Source of the DNA: Gammaproteobacteria bacterium
GTDB taxonomy: Bacteria; Pseudomonadota; Gammaproteobacteria; Eutrophobiales; Eutrophobiaceae
Direction: 5' to 3'
DNA length: 64,000 bases
Assembly: GCA_004297165.1 (NCBI GenBank)
Contig: SCUJ01000011.1
Coordinates: 128,095-192,094, forward strand
Under the pieces are notes generated by a model. That model made no database searches. It was given only the letters and a program-made list of their open reading frames with translations, and was not told the DNA's origin. Positions within the stretch are counted from its first letter, which is position 1. Each line of letters opens with the position of its first letter. The position numbers and the translations under genes were made by a program. Positions 51,838 through 62,997 of this stretch are shown here, one piece after another.

Positions 51838-54800
51838 CCGCGCCCCGCCACTCCGAAGCCGCCTTCGAAACCGTCATCGAAGCACACCTCCTCCAGCACG
51901 GCTACGTGACGATCGCGCCTGAGGGTTTCGATCGCGACCGCGCCGTCTTCCCGGAGACGGTGCTTGCCTTTATCCGCGAGACCCAACCCAATGAATGGAA
52001 AAAGCTGGACGCGCTTCATGGCGACAAAACTGGAGAGCAGATCATTGGCGATCTCTGCAAGTGGATGGACGCCAATGGATCACTTGCGACGTTGCGACAC
52101 GGCTTCAAGTGTTATGGGCGCACTCTACACGTCGCGTATTTCAAAGCAGCCCACGAGCTGAATCCGGAGCTTGAAGCGCGGTATGCCGCGAACCGGCTTG
52201 GCATCATCCGTCAGCTTCACTTTTCGCCCCGTTCCGAGAAGTCCCTCGATGTCACATTGAGCCTGAATGGGATTCCCGTCGCCACGCTGGAGCTAAAGAA
52301 TCCGCTTACGGGCCAACGGGTGGAGGATGCGCGCCGGCAGTACAGGCAGGACCGTGACCCGCGCGAACCCATCTTCGAGTTCAAGCGCCGCACGCTGGTG
52401 CATTTCGCGGTGGACACCGAGTCCGTGCTGATGACCACGCGCCTGGCGGGCACGGCGACGCACTTCCTTCCGTTCAACAAGGGCAACGACGGTGGCGCCG
52501 GCAACCCGCCCGACCCGGCGGGTCGCACCTATCGCACGGCGTACCTGTGGGAGGAAGTGTTGCAGCGGGATAGCCTGCTCGATCTGCTTGCGCGCTTCAT
52601 CCACCTGCAGATCGACGAGAAGCGCGATGACCAAGGCCGCAAGGTCAAGACCGAGGCTATGATCTTTCCCCGTTACCACCAGCTTCAGGCGGTGCGGATG
52701 TTGGTAGACGCGGCGCGCGCCGAGGGCGTTGGGCACAACTACCTCGTCGAGCATTCGGCCGGAAGCGGCAAGAGCAATACCATCGGTTGGCTGACGCATC
52801 GGCTCGCGTCCCTGCACGATGCCGCCAACCAGCGCGTATTCGATAGCGTGATCGTGGTGACCGACCGCGTCGTGCTCGACCAGCAGTTGCAGGACACGAT
52901 CTACCAGTTCGAGCACAAGCGTGGCGTCGTACAGCGGATCGACGAGAGCTCGCGGCAGCTTGCGGAAGCGTTGGAGAACGCGGTGCCGGTGATCATCACC
53001 ACGTTGCAGAAATTTCCCTTCGTCTCGCGACAGTTGCTTAAAATTGCAGAGGAGCGCGGCGAGACCGGCACGGGGACACTCGCTACCCGGCGTTGCGCCG
53101 TAATCCTTGATGAGGCCCACAGTTCGCAGGGTGGCGAGACGGCGACCGACCTCAAGGAAGTGCTGGGTGGTGAGGGACTGCGGGACGAAGCGAAGAATCG
53201 CGCGGTCGAGGAAGGCCGCGACGACATGGAGGAGCTGTTCCGCAGCATGGCCAAGCGCGGCAGGCAAGCGAACCTGAGCTTTTTCGCCTTCACTGCCACG
53301 CCCAAGCACAAAACGCTCGCCGTGTTTGGCCGCGATGGGCAGCCGGCACACCGCTACACGATGCGACAGGCGATCGAGGAGGAGTTCATCCTCGACGTTC
53401 TGAAACACTACACGAGCTACGCGACCTATTTCAAATTGCTGAAGGCGTGCGAGGACGATCCAAACGTCGAGCGGAAAAAAGCCGCGCAGGCTCTGGGGCG
53501 CTTCATGAAGTTGCACCCGCACAACATCGCGCAGAAGACCGAGGTGATGGTCGAGCACTTCCAGGCCGTCACTCGGCACAAGATCGGCGGTCGCGCCAAG
53601 GCGATGGTGGTCACTGGTTCACGTCTGGAAGCGGTGCGCTACAAGCAGGGCTTTGATCGCTACATCCAGGAGAAAGGCTACGCCATCAAGTCGCTGGTGG
53701 CGTTCTCTGGAACGGTGCTAGACGACAAGCTGGCCGGTGTCACCTACACCGAACCGGGCATGAACCACGGCATCTCCGAGAAAGAACTGCCCGAGAAATT
53801 CGCAACGCAGGAGTATCAGGTGCTGCTCGTCGCGGAAAAGTACCAAACTGGTTTCGATCAGCCGCTCCTGCACACGATGTTCGTGGACAAGCGCCTCGCG
53901 GGGATCCAGGCCGTGCAGACCTTGTCGAGGCTGAACCGCATTCACCCGCTCAAGGAAGACACGTTCGTCCTCGACTTCGTCAATGACCGCGAGGAGATCC
54001 GCGAAGCCTTCAAGGTCTACTACGAAGGCGCGGAGATGGGTGAGGAAGTCGACCCCGCCCGCATGTATGCGATAAAGGGTGAACTGGACGCCTCGGGGAT
54101 CTATCTCGACGAGGAGGTCGAGCGATTCAGCGCGGTCTATTTCAAGCCGAAGCAGCGGCAAAGCGCGCTGGATCACCAGGCGATGAATGCGGCGCTCGAC
54201 CCGGCGGTCTCGCGTTTCACGGTTCGCCAGAAGGACAACGAGGAAGAGGCGGAACTCTGGCGCGGCAAGATGCAGGCTTTTCTCAACCTCTACGCCTTCC
54301 TGAGCCAGGTGATCCCGTACCAGGACTCTGACCTCGAGCGGTTGTACGTGTTTCTCCGTCACCTTGCGGCGAAGCTGCCTCGTCGCAAGAGCGGCCCGGC
54401 GTACCAGTTCGATGACGAGGTACGGCTCGAATACTACCGCCTGCAGAAGATTAGCGAGGGGTCCATCTCGTTGAAGGACGGTGAAGCCCGGCGTCTCGAT
54501 GGCCCTACTGAGGTTGGCAGTGGCTTGGTTCGCTCGCAACCCGTGCCGCTGTCGCAGCTCATCGACGTAGTGAACGAGCGCTTCGGGACAGATTTCAACC
54601 AGGCTGACCAGTTATTTTTCGACCAGATCGTCGAGGCTGCCATGGCCGACAACAGCCTGCGGCAGGCAGCGGCAGTTAACCCCGGCGATAAATTCGAGCT
54701 GGTATTCAAGAATCTGCTTGAGAAGCTGTTCGTCGAGCGCATGGATCAGAACGAGGAGATCTTTGTCCGATTCATGAACGACGCGCCCTTCCAGAAGATC

Positions 54801-55373
54801 GTGACGGCATGGATGGCGTCGAAGGCGTATCGACGGTTACGAAGCGGTGCCGCTACCGAAGCGGAACAACATGCGATCGTACCTGCGCTGCCGCCACACT
54901 TGCGAATCGTCGAACCAAGACTTGAGGATCGCTTCGTCACCTGTGTGCCACTCGTTCCGCTAAAGGCCGCCGCCGGCGCCTTCGGCGATCCGCAGCACGT
55001 CGAGGAAAATGGCTTCGACTGGGTCGAGGTCAAGACGCGCCACCGGCTTCGTGCCGGAATGTTCGTTGCCCAGGTCGTCGGCAAGTCGATGGAGCCGATG
55101 ATCCCGGATGAGGCGTGGTGTTTGTTTCGAGCGCCGGTGGAGGGTTCACGGCAGGGCAAGACGGTTCTCGTACAACTGCGGGATGATATCGACCCGGAAA
55201 CTGGCGAGCGTTACACAGTCAAGCGGTATGAGAGCGAAAAGGTGAGTCATGACGACTCCTGGAGTCACAAGAGGATCACGCTGAAACCACTCAACCCTGA
55301 CTTCGAACCTATCGTCCTGGCAGACAATGGTTTGGACTCGCAGGTCGTGGCTGAGATGATTGAAGTGCTGTAA
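51834..55373 (+). CDS. hsdR: Type I restriction enzyme R subunit HsdR with a C-terminal LexA/UmuD-like S24 peptidase domain
   Basis: N-terminal PD-(D/E)xK nuclease ([16 protein letters not shown]); helicase motifs ([48 protein letters not shown]); HsdR C-terminal helical domain; then aa about 1037-1179 align with the LexA C-terminal domain ([13 protein letters not shown] / LPLVGRVAAGEPL; VGKSMEPMI / SGMSMKDIG; YTVKRYE / VTVKRLK; [11 protein letters not shown] / PENSEFKPIVV). ATGA overlap with the upstream gene. Confidence 0.9.
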   Translation: MTAPRHSEAAFETVIEAHLLQHGYVTIAPEGFDRDRAVFPETVLAFIRETQPNEWKKLDALHGDKTGEQIIGDLCKWMDANGSLATLRHGFKCYGRTLHVAYFKAAHELNPELEARYAANRLGIIRQLHFSPRSEKSLDVTLSLNGIPVATLELKNPLTGQRVEDARRQYRQDRDPREPIFEFKRRTLVHFAVDTESVLMTTRLAGTATHFLPFNKGNDGGAGNPPDPAGRTYRTAYLWEEVLQRDSLLDLLARFIHLQIDEKRDDQGRKVKTEAMIFPRYHQLQAVRMLVDAARAEGVGHNYLVEHSAGSGKSNTIGWLTHRLASLHDAANQRVFDSVIVVTDRVVLDQQLQDTIYQFEHKRGVVQRIDESSRQLAEALENAVPVIITTLQKFPFVSRQLLKIAEERGETGTGTLATRRCAVILDEAHSSQGGETATDLKEVLGGEGLRDEAKNRAVEEGRDDMEELFRSMAKRGRQANLSFFAFTATPKHKTLAVFGRDGQPAHRYTMRQAIEEEFILDVLKHYTSYATYFKLLKACEDDPNVERKKAAQALGRFMKLHPHNIAQKTEVMVEHFQAVTRHKIGGRAKAMVVTGSRLEAVRYKQGFDRYIQEKGYAIKSLVAFSGTVLDDKLAGVTYTEPGMNHGISEKELPEKFATQEYQVLLVAEKYQTGFDQPLLHTMFVDKRLAGIQAVQTLSRLNRIHPLKEDTFVLDFVNDREEIREAFKVYYEGAEMGEEVDPARMYAIKGELDASGIYLDEEVERFSAVYFKPKQRQSALDHQAMNAALDPAVSRFTVRQKDNEEEAELWRGKMQAFLNLYAFLSQVIPYQDSDLERLYVFLRHLAAKLPRRKSGPAYQFDDEVRLEYYRLQKISEGSISLKDGEARRLDGPTEVGSGLVRSQPVPLSQLIDVVNERFGTDFNQADQLFFDQIVEAAMADNSLRQAAAVNPGDKFELVFKNLLEKLFVERMDQNEEIFVRFMNDAPFQKIVTAWMASKAYRRLRSGAATEAEQHAIVPALPPHLRIVEPRLEDRFVTCVPLVPLKAAAGAFGDPQHVEENGFDWVEVKTRHRLRAGMFVAQVVGKSMEPMIPDEAWCLFRAPVEGSRQGKTVLVQLRDDIDPETGERYTVKRYESEKVSHDDSWSHKRITLKPLNPDFEPIVLADNGLDSQVVAEMIEVL

Positions 55374-55476
55374 GACGATGCTGCTCTCGATCCGTAAAAC
55401 ACGCGGCAGGACAAGGGATTATGCCTGTCTATTTTATGATAAAATGCCCCCATTCGTTTCACTCTGAAGAGAACTC

Positions 55477-56223
55477 ATGGCAGGTCACAGCAAGTGGGCT
55501 AATATCCAGCACCGCAAGGGGAAACAGGACGCCAAGCGCGGCAAGCTGTTCACCAAACTGATCCGGGAAATCACCATCGCCGCACGGCTTGGCGGCGGCG
55601 ACCCGAATTCCAATCCGCGCCTTCGGGCCGCGCTCGAAACCGCGCGCGCCAACAGCATGGCCAAAGACACCATCGACCGCGCGATCAAGCGCGGGGCGGG
55701 CGGCGATGATTCCGCAAATCTGGAAGAAGTCACTTACGAAGGCTATGGCCCCGGCGGCGTCGCGGTGATGGTGGCCTGCACCACCGACAATCGCAACCGC
55801 ACGGTGGCGGATGTCCGGCACGCCTTTACCAAGTGCGGCGGCAATCTGGGGACCGACGGCTCGGTGGCCTATCTATTCAGCAAGGTCGGTCTGCTCAATT
55901 ATCCCACGGGCACGAATGAGGACCGGCTGATGGAACTCGCACTCGAGGCCGGGGCCGAGGATATCGTCACCCATGAGGACGGTTCCATCGAGGTCCTCAC
56001 GACGCCGGAAACCTTCGCCGCCGTGCGGGATCGCCTGGTCGCCGGCAAATTCACCCCGGAGACCGCCGAGATCACCATGCGCGCCTCAACCTCCACCACT
56101 CTTGAGCAGGATTCCGCCGAAAGCATGATCCGCCTGCTCGAGATGCTGGAAGACCTCGATGATGTGCAGAAGGTCTATTCCAACGCCGAGATCCCCGACG
56201 ATGTCCTCGCGGCGCTCGCCTGA
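55477..56223 (+). CDS. yebC: YebC/PmpR-family DNA-binding transcriptional regulator
   Basis: [32 protein letters not shown] is the hallmark N-terminus; conserved upstream of ruvC. Confidence 0.9.
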   Translation: MAGHSKWANIQHRKGKQDAKRGKLFTKLIREITIAARLGGGDPNSNPRLRAALETARANSMAKDTIDRAIKRGAGGDDSANLEEVTYEGYGPGGVAVMVACTTDNRNRTVADVRHAFTKCGGNLGTDGSVAYLFSKVGLLNYPTGTNEDRLMELALEAGAEDIVTHEDGSIEVLTTPETFAAVRDRLVAGKFTPETAEITMRASTSTTLEQDSAESMIRLLEMLEDLDDVQKVYSNAEIPDDVLAALA

Positions 56224-56244
56224 ACCGGGGCCGGACCGCTCCTG

Positions 56245-56811
56245 ATGACGGCCCCCCGTCCCGCGGGCAATCTTCCGGAACCGACCCGCCGCCGGGTCCG
56301 CATCCTCGGGATCGATCCCGGCTCCAGATTCACCGGCTTCGGGGTCATCGACATGCAGGCGAACCATTCCACGCACATCAGTCACGGCGTCATCCGGGTG
56401 GAGGGCGAATCCCTGGGCGAGCGGCTGGGTTGCATCTACGCCCGGCTGGAGGAACTCATCGGCGAACACCGCCCGGACGAGGGCGCGATCGAGCAGATCT
56501 TCATGCACAAGAACGCGGATTCCGCGCTGAAGCTCGGCCAGGCCCGCGGCACGGCGGTCGTCGCGATGGCGCGGCAGGGGCTCCCGATCTTTGAGTACAC
56601 CGCAAATCAGGTCAAGCAGGCGACCGTGGGCCGGGGCCACGCCGCCAAACAACAGGTGCAGCACATGGTGCGCGTGCTTCTCAATCTGCCCGAGATCCCG
56701 GAGAGCGACGCGGGGGACGCGCTCGCCGTCGCCTTGTGTCACGGGCATTCCCGCGAGGGCCTGCTGCGCATGTCCGGGGTCAGCGGGATCCGGGGAGGCC
56801 GCCTGCAATGA
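56245..56811 (+). CDS. ruvC: Crossover junction endodeoxyribonuclease RuvC
   Basis: RILGIDPGSRFTGFGVI, EQIFMHKNADSALKLGQARG and QVQHMVRVLLNLP align with E. coli RuvC; the N-terminus may be extended by 18 aa relative to the true start. Confidence 0.9.
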   Translation: MTAPRPAGNLPEPTRRRVRILGIDPGSRFTGFGVIDMQANHSTHISHGVIRVEGESLGERLGCIYARLEELIGEHRPDEGAIEQIFMHKNADSALKLGQARGTAVVAMARQGLPIFEYTANQVKQATVGRGHAAKQQVQHMVRVLLNLPEIPESDAGDALAVALCHGHSREGLLRMSGVSGIRGGRLQ

Positions 56812-57416
56812 TCGGACGCCTGCGCGGGATCCTGCTGGAGAAGAAACCGCCTCAGCTCCTGCTCGATGTCCAGGGGGTCTGTTACGAGATCGAGGCCCCG
56901 ATGAGCACCTTTTATGTCCTGCCGGAGGCGGGCGTGGACCTTGTGATACACACCCATCTCATCGTCCGCGAGGACGCCCACCTGTTGTACGGCTTTGCGA
57001 GTCTGGACGAACGGCGGCTGTTTCGCGCCCTGATCAAGGTCAACGGCGTGGGGGCGAAGCTGGCGCTCACCATCCTCTCCGGGATCGAATCCGCGGAGTT
57101 CGCGCAATGCATCCAGCTTGGCGACATGGATCGCCTGGTGCGCCTCCCCGGGATCGGCAAGAAGACCGCCGAACGGTTGATCGTGGAGATGCGCGATCGG
57201 CTGAAGGACTGGGAGACCGGGTCGACGCCGCTCGCCGCGCCGGGACACGCCAACATTTCCCGCAGCGCGGAGGCGGACGCCATCAGCGCCCTCATCAATC
57301 TGGGCTACAAACCCCAGGAGGCGAGCCGCATGGTGCTCGCCGTCGCCGCCGAGGCCATGAGCAGCGAGGCGATCATCCGTGAAGCCCTCCGGACTACCCT
57401 TAGGAACCCGGCCTGA
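56808..57416 (+). CDS. ruvA: Holliday junction branch migration protein RuvA
   Basis: MIGRLRGILLEKKPPQLLLDVQGVCYEIEAPMSTFYVLPE; HhH motif LPGIGKKTAERLIVEM; ATGA overlap with ruvC. Confidence 0.9.
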   Translation: MIGRLRGILLEKKPPQLLLDVQGVCYEIEAPMSTFYVLPEAGVDLVIHTHLIVREDAHLLYGFASLDERRLFRALIKVNGVGAKLALTILSGIESAEFAQCIQLGDMDRLVRLPGIGKKTAERLIVEMRDRLKDWETGSTPLAAPGHANISRSAEADAISALINLGYKPQEASRMVLAVAAEAMSSEAIIREALRTTLRNPA

Positions 57417-57540
57417 TGGCAAAGACTCCTGTCTCCAAATGTAGCCTGGATGAAGTGAAACGGAATCCAGGGACAAATCACGACGCACAAATCCCGGATT
57501 ACGCTACGCTGCATCCGGGCTACTCATTGAAACGACCGCG

Positions 57541-58596
57541 ATGAGCGACATCAATCCGCATATCGCCCCCGGCGAAAACAACGAAGACCTCATCGCCGAC
57601 AACACCCTGCGGCCCCGACGGCTGAAGGATTATGTCGGCCAACCCGCGGTGCACGAGCAGATGGAGATCTTCATCGGCGCGGCCCGCAACCGCCGCGAGG
57701 CCCTCGATCATGTGCTCATCTTCGGTCCGCCTGGTCTCGGCAAGACGACGCTCGCCCACATCATCGCCCACGAATTGGGCGTGGGCCTGCGCCAGACCTC
57801 CGGACCCGTGCTGGAAAAACCCGGCGACCTCGCCGCCATCCTCACCAACCTCGAATCCCGCGATGTCCTCTTCATCGACGAGATCCACCGGCTGAGCCCC
57901 ATCGTCGAGGAAATCCTCTATCCCGCGATGGAGGATTTTCAGATCGACATCATGATCGGCGAGGGCCCGGCGGCGCGGGCGATCAAACTGGATGTGCCGC
58001 ATTTCACGCTGGTCGGCGCCACCACCCGCGCGGGACTCCTGACCTCGCCGCTGCGGGACCGCTTCGGGATCGTCCAACGGCTGGAGTTTTACTCCAGCGC
58101 GGAGATCAACGGGATCGTGCGCCGCTCGGCCGGCATCCTCGAGGTCGCGATTGACGATAACGGGGCGCAGGAGATCGCCGCCCGTTCGCGCGGCACGCCG
58201 CGGATCGCCAACCGCCTCCTGCGCCGGGTGCGGGACTACGCCGAGGTCCGCGCGGATGGGCGGATCACCAACGACACCGCGCGGCGGGCGCTAGACATGC
58301 TGAACGTGGATGAGCACGGCTTCGACATGATGGATCGCAAACTGCTCCTGACCATCATCCAGAAATTCGACGGCGGTCCGGTGGGCGCCGACAGCCTCGC
58401 GGCGGCCATCGGCGAGGAACGCGACACCATCGAGGACGTGATCGAGCCTTATCTTATCCAGCAAGGCTTCCTCATGCGTACATCGCGCGGGAGGATGGCC
58501 ACCCGCAACGCCTGGCTGCACTTCGGCCTCGAGCCGCCGCGCAACCGCCCGACCGAACCGGATCTCTTCAATGACGAAAAAGACGCCAAAGACTGA
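57541..58596 (+). CDS. ruvB: Holliday junction branch migration ATPase RuvB
   Basis: Walker [20 protein letters not shown], sensor and arginine-finger regions; 351 aa. Confidence 0.95.
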   Translation: MSDINPHIAPGENNEDLIADNTLRPRRLKDYVGQPAVHEQMEIFIGAARNRREALDHVLIFGPPGLGKTTLAHIIAHELGVGLRQTSGPVLEKPGDLAAILTNLESRDVLFIDEIHRLSPIVEEILYPAMEDFQIDIMIGEGPAARAIKLDVPHFTLVGATTRAGLLTSPLRDRFGIVQRLEFYSSAEINGIVRRSAGILEVAIDDNGAQEIAARSRGTPRIANRLLRRVRDYAEVRADGRITNDTARRALDMLNVDEHGFDMMDRKLLLTIIQKFDGGPVGADSLAAAIGEERDTIEDVIEPYLIQQGFLMRTSRGRMATRNAWLHFGLEPPRNRPTEPDLFNDEKDAKD

Positions 58597-59020
58597 CCCC
58601 GCGGCCGGCGCCGGGATCGGCTTTTCCTGGCCGGTGCGCGTTTATTACGAGGACACGGACGCCGGGGGCGTGGTCTATCATACCGGCTACCTGCGGTACA
58701 TGGAGCGGGCGCGCACGGAATGGCTGCGCCATCTCGGTCATTCCCAGCACGATCTGCGCGCGCGGGAAGGATTGCTCTTTGCCGTCAACCGAATCACAAT
58801 CCATTACCGCAAACCGGCGCGCATCGATGAACTCCTGGAGGTCCGCAGCACTCTTATCAGCCGGGGGGGCGCCAGCCTGGCGTTCGGACAGACAATCCTG
58901 AATGAGCGCGGGGAGGTCCTGTGCGAGGCCGAGGTCGGGGTCGCCTGCCTCGACGCGGCGGACATGAAACCACGGCGGCTGCCGAACTCAATAAGAATGG
59001 AACTGCATGATGTCAACTGA
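58571..59020 (+). CDS. ybgC: Tol-Pal system-associated acyl-CoA thioesterase YbgC
   Basis: [33 protein letters not shown] is the 4HBT hotdog-fold YbgC signature; the true start may be downstream of the ORF-track start. Confidence 0.8.
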   Translation: MTKKTPKTDPAAGAGIGFSWPVRVYYEDTDAGGVVYHTGYLRYMERARTEWLRHLGHSQHDLRAREGLLFAVNRITIHYRKPARIDELLEVRSTLISRGGASLAFGQTILNERGEVLCEAEVGVACLDAADMKPRRLPNSIRMELHDVN

Positions 59021-59684
59021 TCTATCCTTCATCCATCTCATCCTGAACGCCAGTCTGCTGGTGAAACTGGTGATGCTCCTCCTGCTCTGGGCCTCGGTGG
59101 TCTCCTGGACCATGATCTTCAGCAAATCCAGGATCCTCAAGCTCGCGAAAGATTCCGCCAACCAATTCGAGGAGCGGTTCTGGTCGGCGGAGGACCTCGC
59201 CCCGTTGTATAACAAGGTGACGCACCGGAAACACGACGCCACCGGCATGGAGAAGATCTTCGAGTCTGGCTTCAAGGAATTCGCAAAACTGAAGGCCCAG
59301 CCGAAGATCGAACCGGAGGCCCAGCTCGAAGGCGCGCAGCGGGCAATGCGCGTGGCGCTCAACCGGGAGATGGAGGTCCTCGAAAGACACCTGGCCTTTC
59401 TCGCGACGGTGGGATCGACCAGCCCGTATGTCGGCCTGTTCGGCACCGTGTGGGGGATCATGAACAGCTTCCGCTCGCTCGGCAATGTCCAACAGGCGAC
59501 CATCTCCATGGTCGCGCCGGGGATCGCCGAGGCCCTGATCGCGACCGCCATGGGTCTCTTCGCCGCTATCCCGGCTGTGATCGCCTACAACCGCTACTCC
59601 GACGACGTGGAGCGCCTGCTGAACCGCTACGACATCTTCATGGAGGAGTTTTCCTCGATCCTCCATCGCTATGCACACAGCTAA
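59007..59684 (+). CDS. tolQ: Tol-Pal system protein TolQ
   Basis: MotA/TolQ/ExbB family; N-terminus LILNASLLVKLVMLLLLWASVVSW closely parallels E. coli TolQ. Confidence 0.9.
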   Translation: MMSTDLSFIHLILNASLLVKLVMLLLLWASVVSWTMIFSKSRILKLAKDSANQFEERFWSAEDLAPLYNKVTHRKHDATGMEKIFESGFKEFAKLKAQPKIEPEAQLEGAQRAMRVALNREMEVLERHLAFLATVGSTSPYVGLFGTVWGIMNSFRSLGNVQQATISMVAPGIAEALIATAMGLFAAIPAVIAYNRYSDDVERLLNRYDIFMEEFSSILHRYAHS

Positions 59685-59755
59685 GGCAAGTCTGATAAAG
59701 TCCGTTCGCATTGAGAACGGCTGACAAATGACCAGTGACCAATGACTAATCTCCG

Positions 59756-60178
59756 ATGAAACCGAGAGTACGCAAAAAACCGATGTCGGCGATCAACGTC
59801 GTCCCCTACATCGATGTCATGCTGGTGCTCCTGATCATCTTCATGATCACGGCCCCGCTGCTCAGCCAGGGCGTGAAGGTGGAGTTGCCCCAGGCGGCGG
59901 CCGAGCCCATGCCCGCCGAGGACAAGGAGCCGGTGATGATCAGCGTCGACAGCGCGGGAAATTTCTACATCAACTACGGCGAGAAGCAGGATGACCCCGT
60001 CGACCCGCAAACCCTCGCCAACCGCGTCAGCGCGCTGCTCAAGTATCAGCCGGGGATCCCCGTCTATCTGAAGGGCGACAAGAACGTGCCCTACGGCCGG
60101 GTCGTCGAGGCCATGGCCATGCTGCAGCGGGCTGGCGTCAATGGCGTGGGCCTGATCACGGATCCGCCCGAGCAATAG
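59756..60178 (+). CDS. tolR: Tol-Pal system protein TolR
   Basis: INVVPYIDVMLVLLIIFMITAPL (ExbD/TolR TM helix with the conserved D). Confidence 0.85.
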   Translation: MKPRVRKKPMSAINVVPYIDVMLVLLIIFMITAPLLSQGVKVELPQAAAEPMPAEDKEPVMISVDSAGNFYINYGEKQDDPVDPQTLANRVSALLKYQPGIPVYLKGDKNVPYGRVVEAMAMLQRAGVNGVGLITDPPEQ

Positions 60179-60187
60179 GCAAGCGAC

Positions 60188-61006
60188 TTGTTCTCCCGAC
60201 TCACATTCAAATCCTCGCTGCTGTCGATCCTGCTGCATGTCGCCGCGGTCCTGCTGCTCGTGCTGAGCTTCGATTTCACGTCCCGGCAGGTCAAACCGGC
60301 CCCACAGGTGAATGCCGTGGAGGCGGTCACCGTGGACAGCGCCCAGGTGGAAAAGGAACTGCAACGCCTGAAGGAACTTGAGGATGCAAAGGAGCAGGAA
60401 AAGCTCGAAAAACAACGTCTGCTGGAGCGCCAGGCACGCGAGGCGGAGACCAAGCGCAAGACGGAGGAACAACGCCTCGCCGATCTGAAAAAGAAAAAAG
60501 AGCAGGAGCAAAAGGCGCTGGAAGCGGAACAGAAGAAAGTGGCGGAGAAGAAAAAGGAGCAGGAGGAACTGGAGCGCAAACGCAAGGCCGAGGCCGAAAA
60601 ACAGCGCCAGGATGAAGAGGCGAAGAAAAAGGCGGAGGCGGAACAAAAAAAGCGCAAGGAAGAAGAGGCCGCGCGCCAGAAACAGGTCGCCGAGCAACAG
60701 GCGGCCCAGGCCCGCGCCGATCAGTCCCTGATGCAGGGGGTCATTGCCAACATCTACCAGGACGTGCGCAACAACTTCAATATCAGCGGTCTGCCGCCGG
60801 GACTCGAATGCGTCCTGCTGGTCCGGACCGTGCCGGGGGGCGAGGTGGTGGGCGTCCAGATCAGCAAGTCGAGCGGCAACGAAATCTTTGACCGGCGCGC
60901 TCATGATGCGGTACAAAAGGCGTCGCCACTGCCCTTGCCGGCGGATTCGGCGACCTTCGAACGGCTTGGCCTGCGCCAGTTCAATCTGCGCTTCAAGCCC
61001 CAGTAA
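60188..61006 (+). CDS. tolA: Tol-Pal system protein TolA
   Basis: N-terminal TM helix, long K/E/A-rich helical domain ([24 protein letters not shown]...) and a C-terminal TolA_C-like domain; TTG start, which is uncertain. Confidence 0.75.
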   Translation: MFSRLTFKSSLLSILLHVAAVLLLVLSFDFTSRQVKPAPQVNAVEAVTVDSAQVEKELQRLKELEDAKEQEKLEKQRLLERQAREAETKRKTEEQRLADLKKKKEQEQKALEAEQKKVAEKKKEQEELERKRKAEAEKQRQDEEAKKKAEAEQKKRKEEEAARQKQVAEQQAAQARADQSLMQGVIANIYQDVRNNFNISGLPPGLECVLLVRTVPGGEVVGVQISKSSGNEIFDRRAHDAVQKASPLPLPADSATFERLGLRQFNLRFKPQ

Positions 61007-61022
61007 CAACAGGAACAAGCGG

Positions 61023-62333
61023 ATGATCTCAAGAATACTTTTATTTTTCGTTCTGGCATTGCAGGCAACGGCATCTCCCGCGGAGGACGCGCTCGAGATC
61101 GTCATCGACCGCGGCATCGAAAACACCCTGCCAATCGCCGTCGTCCCCTTCGGCTGGTCCGGCGCGGCGCAGGACCCGCCGATGGACTTCGCCCTGACCA
61201 TCTCGAATAACCTCGATCGCAGCGGACGCTTCGCGGTGATGGACACGGAGGACCTGCCGCAACGCCCGCTGCAATTTCAGGAGGTCAACTTCCGCGACTG
61301 GCGGCTGCTCAACATGGAAAACATCGTACTGGGCACGCTGAAGGCCCTGCCGGACGGCAATTTTGAGGTGGAATTCCGCCTCATCGACGTCTATCGCGGG
61401 GCGCAGATCGCGGGCTTTCGCATCCCCGCGAGCCCCAAGCAGCTCCGCCGCACGGCGCACCGCATCAGCGACATCATCTTCGAACGGCTGACCGGGATCC
61501 GCGGCGCCTTCGACACCCGGATCGCCTATGTCACCGTGCGCGAGGACCAGGGCAAGGGCCGGCGTTACTACCTCCAGATCGCCGACGCCGACGGCTTCAA
61601 TTCCCAGGTGCTGATGGAATCGGGGGAACCGCTCATGTCGCCCGCCTGGTCGCCCGACGCCCGGCAACTGGCCTATGTCTCCTTCGAGGGACGCAACTCG
61701 GCGATCTTCATCCAGGACATCATCACCGGCCAACGCACCCGCATCGCGGCCTTCTCCGGGATCAACAGCGCCCCCGCCTGGTCGCCGGACGGGTCCCGGC
61801 TCGCGATGACGCTCTCCCGCGAGGGCGACCCTGAGATCTATGTCATGGACCTGGCCTCGCGCTCCCTCCAGCGCCTGACCAACGACCGCGGGATCGACAC
61901 CGAACCGGCCTTCTCGCCCGATGGGCGGAGGATCGCCTTCACCTCGGATCGCGGCGGCAATCCGCAGATCTACGAGATGAACCTCAACGGCGGCGAGATC
62001 AAGCGCCTGACCTTCGTCGGCGAATACAACGCCAGGCCCCGCTACTCGCCCGACGGGAAGAGCATGTCCCTGCTGCACGCCCAGGGCGGGGCCTACCGGA
62101 TCGGCATCCTGGATCTGGAGAGCACCGACATCCTCCTGCTGACCAGCGCCAGTCTGGACGAATCGCCCAGCTTCGCGCCAAACGGCAGCATGATCATCTA
62201 CGCCACCTCGGGCCGGAGGGGTTCGGAACTCGCGGCCGTGTCTTCAGACGGCAGCGTCCACCAGCGCCTCGCGCTGCAAGTCGGCGCGGTTCAGGAACCC
62301 GCCTGGGGTCCGTTTCCCCCGGAAAAACCCTGA
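61023..62333 (+). CDS. tolB: Tol-Pal system beta-propeller protein TolB
   Basis: Signal peptide [19 protein letters not shown], TolB N-domain, then repeated AWSPDG/AFSPDG blades; start chosen at the internal ATG at 61023. Confidence 0.9.
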   Translation: MISRILLFFVLALQATASPAEDALEIVIDRGIENTLPIAVVPFGWSGAAQDPPMDFALTISNNLDRSGRFAVMDTEDLPQRPLQFQEVNFRDWRLLNMENIVLGTLKALPDGNFEVEFRLIDVYRGAQIAGFRIPASPKQLRRTAHRISDIIFERLTGIRGAFDTRIAYVTVREDQGKGRRYYLQIADADGFNSQVLMESGEPLMSPAWSPDARQLAYVSFEGRNSAIFIQDIITGQRTRIAAFSGINSAPAWSPDGSRLAMTLSREGDPEIYVMDLASRSLQRLTNDRGIDTEPAFSPDGRRIAFTSDRGGNPQIYEMNLNGGEIKRLTFVGEYNARPRYSPDGKSMSLLHAQGGAYRIGILDLESTDILLLTSASLDESPSFAPNGSMIIYATSGRRGSELAAVSSDGSVHQRLALQVGAVQEPAWGPFPPEKP

Positions 62334-62431
62334 TCCCGAGATGGTTTGTAGATTTCAACAATAGCGCAGGAGTGTTATCCTTGCGCGGTCTGTGGCAGAC
62401 CAGCCACTACATATTTATTTAGGAGACAAGA

Positions 62432-62959
62432 ATGCTTATGAATACCCGTATCTTCCTGGTTGTCATGCTCGCGGTCATGCTGGGGGCCTGCTCCTCGACC
62501 GGCGGCAGCAAGAAAACCACCGCGGCCGTCAGTGAGGGCAGCGGTTCGGGCGGCAACAGCGAGGTCAGCACCTACGGCGCGGGCGAAGGCGCCGGTTCGG
62601 GCATGAGCGAACTGGACGACCCCAACAGCCCGCTGTCCACGCGCATCGTCTATTTCGAATACGACAGCAGCGAGATCCAGGAGCGCTACCGGGAAGTGGT
62701 GGCGGCGCATGCCGATTACCTCGTCAAGAATCCGAACGTGGTGGTATCTCTCGAAGGCCATGCGGACGAACGCGGTTCGCGGGAATACAACCTGGCGCTG
62801 GGCGAACGGCGGGCGCTCGCGGTCAAGCGGCAGATGACCCTGCTCGGCGCGCAGGCCTCCCAGATCCGGACCGTGAGCTACGGCGAGGAGCGTCCGATCG
62901 AGTCGGGACATGATGACAATTCCTGGAGTCAGAACCGGCGCGTCGAACTGGTTTATTAG
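62432..62959 (+). CDS. pal: Peptidoglycan-associated lipoprotein Pal
   Basis: Lipobox LGACSS; OmpA-like C-terminus (IVYFEYDSSEI...LEGHADERGSREYNLALGERRA...NRRVELVY). Confidence 0.9.
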   Translation: MLMNTRIFLVVMLAVMLGACSSTGGSKKTTAAVSEGSGSGGNSEVSTYGAGEGAGSGMSELDDPNSPLSTRIVYFEYDSSEIQERYREVVAAHADYLVKNPNVVVSLEGHADERGSREYNLALGERRALAVKRQMTLLGAQASQIRTVSYGEERPIESGHDDNSWSQNRRVELVY

Positions 62960-62997
62960 CGGCAATTAAGCAGGGGCGGCAAGCCCTGGGAGCGTCT

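Noticed and set aside
52293-53579. 428-aa minus-strand ORF inside hsdR
   Set aside because: Antisense to HsdR helicase motifs I-III.
51834-55373. Possibility that the 1179-aa ORF is two genes (hsdR plus a separate S24 peptidase gene)
   Set aside because: The reading frame is continuous with no in-frame stop or obvious internal RBS/start between the HsdR C-terminal helical domain and the S24 domain. It is kept as a fusion, but re-sequencing of about 54850-55000 is recommended.
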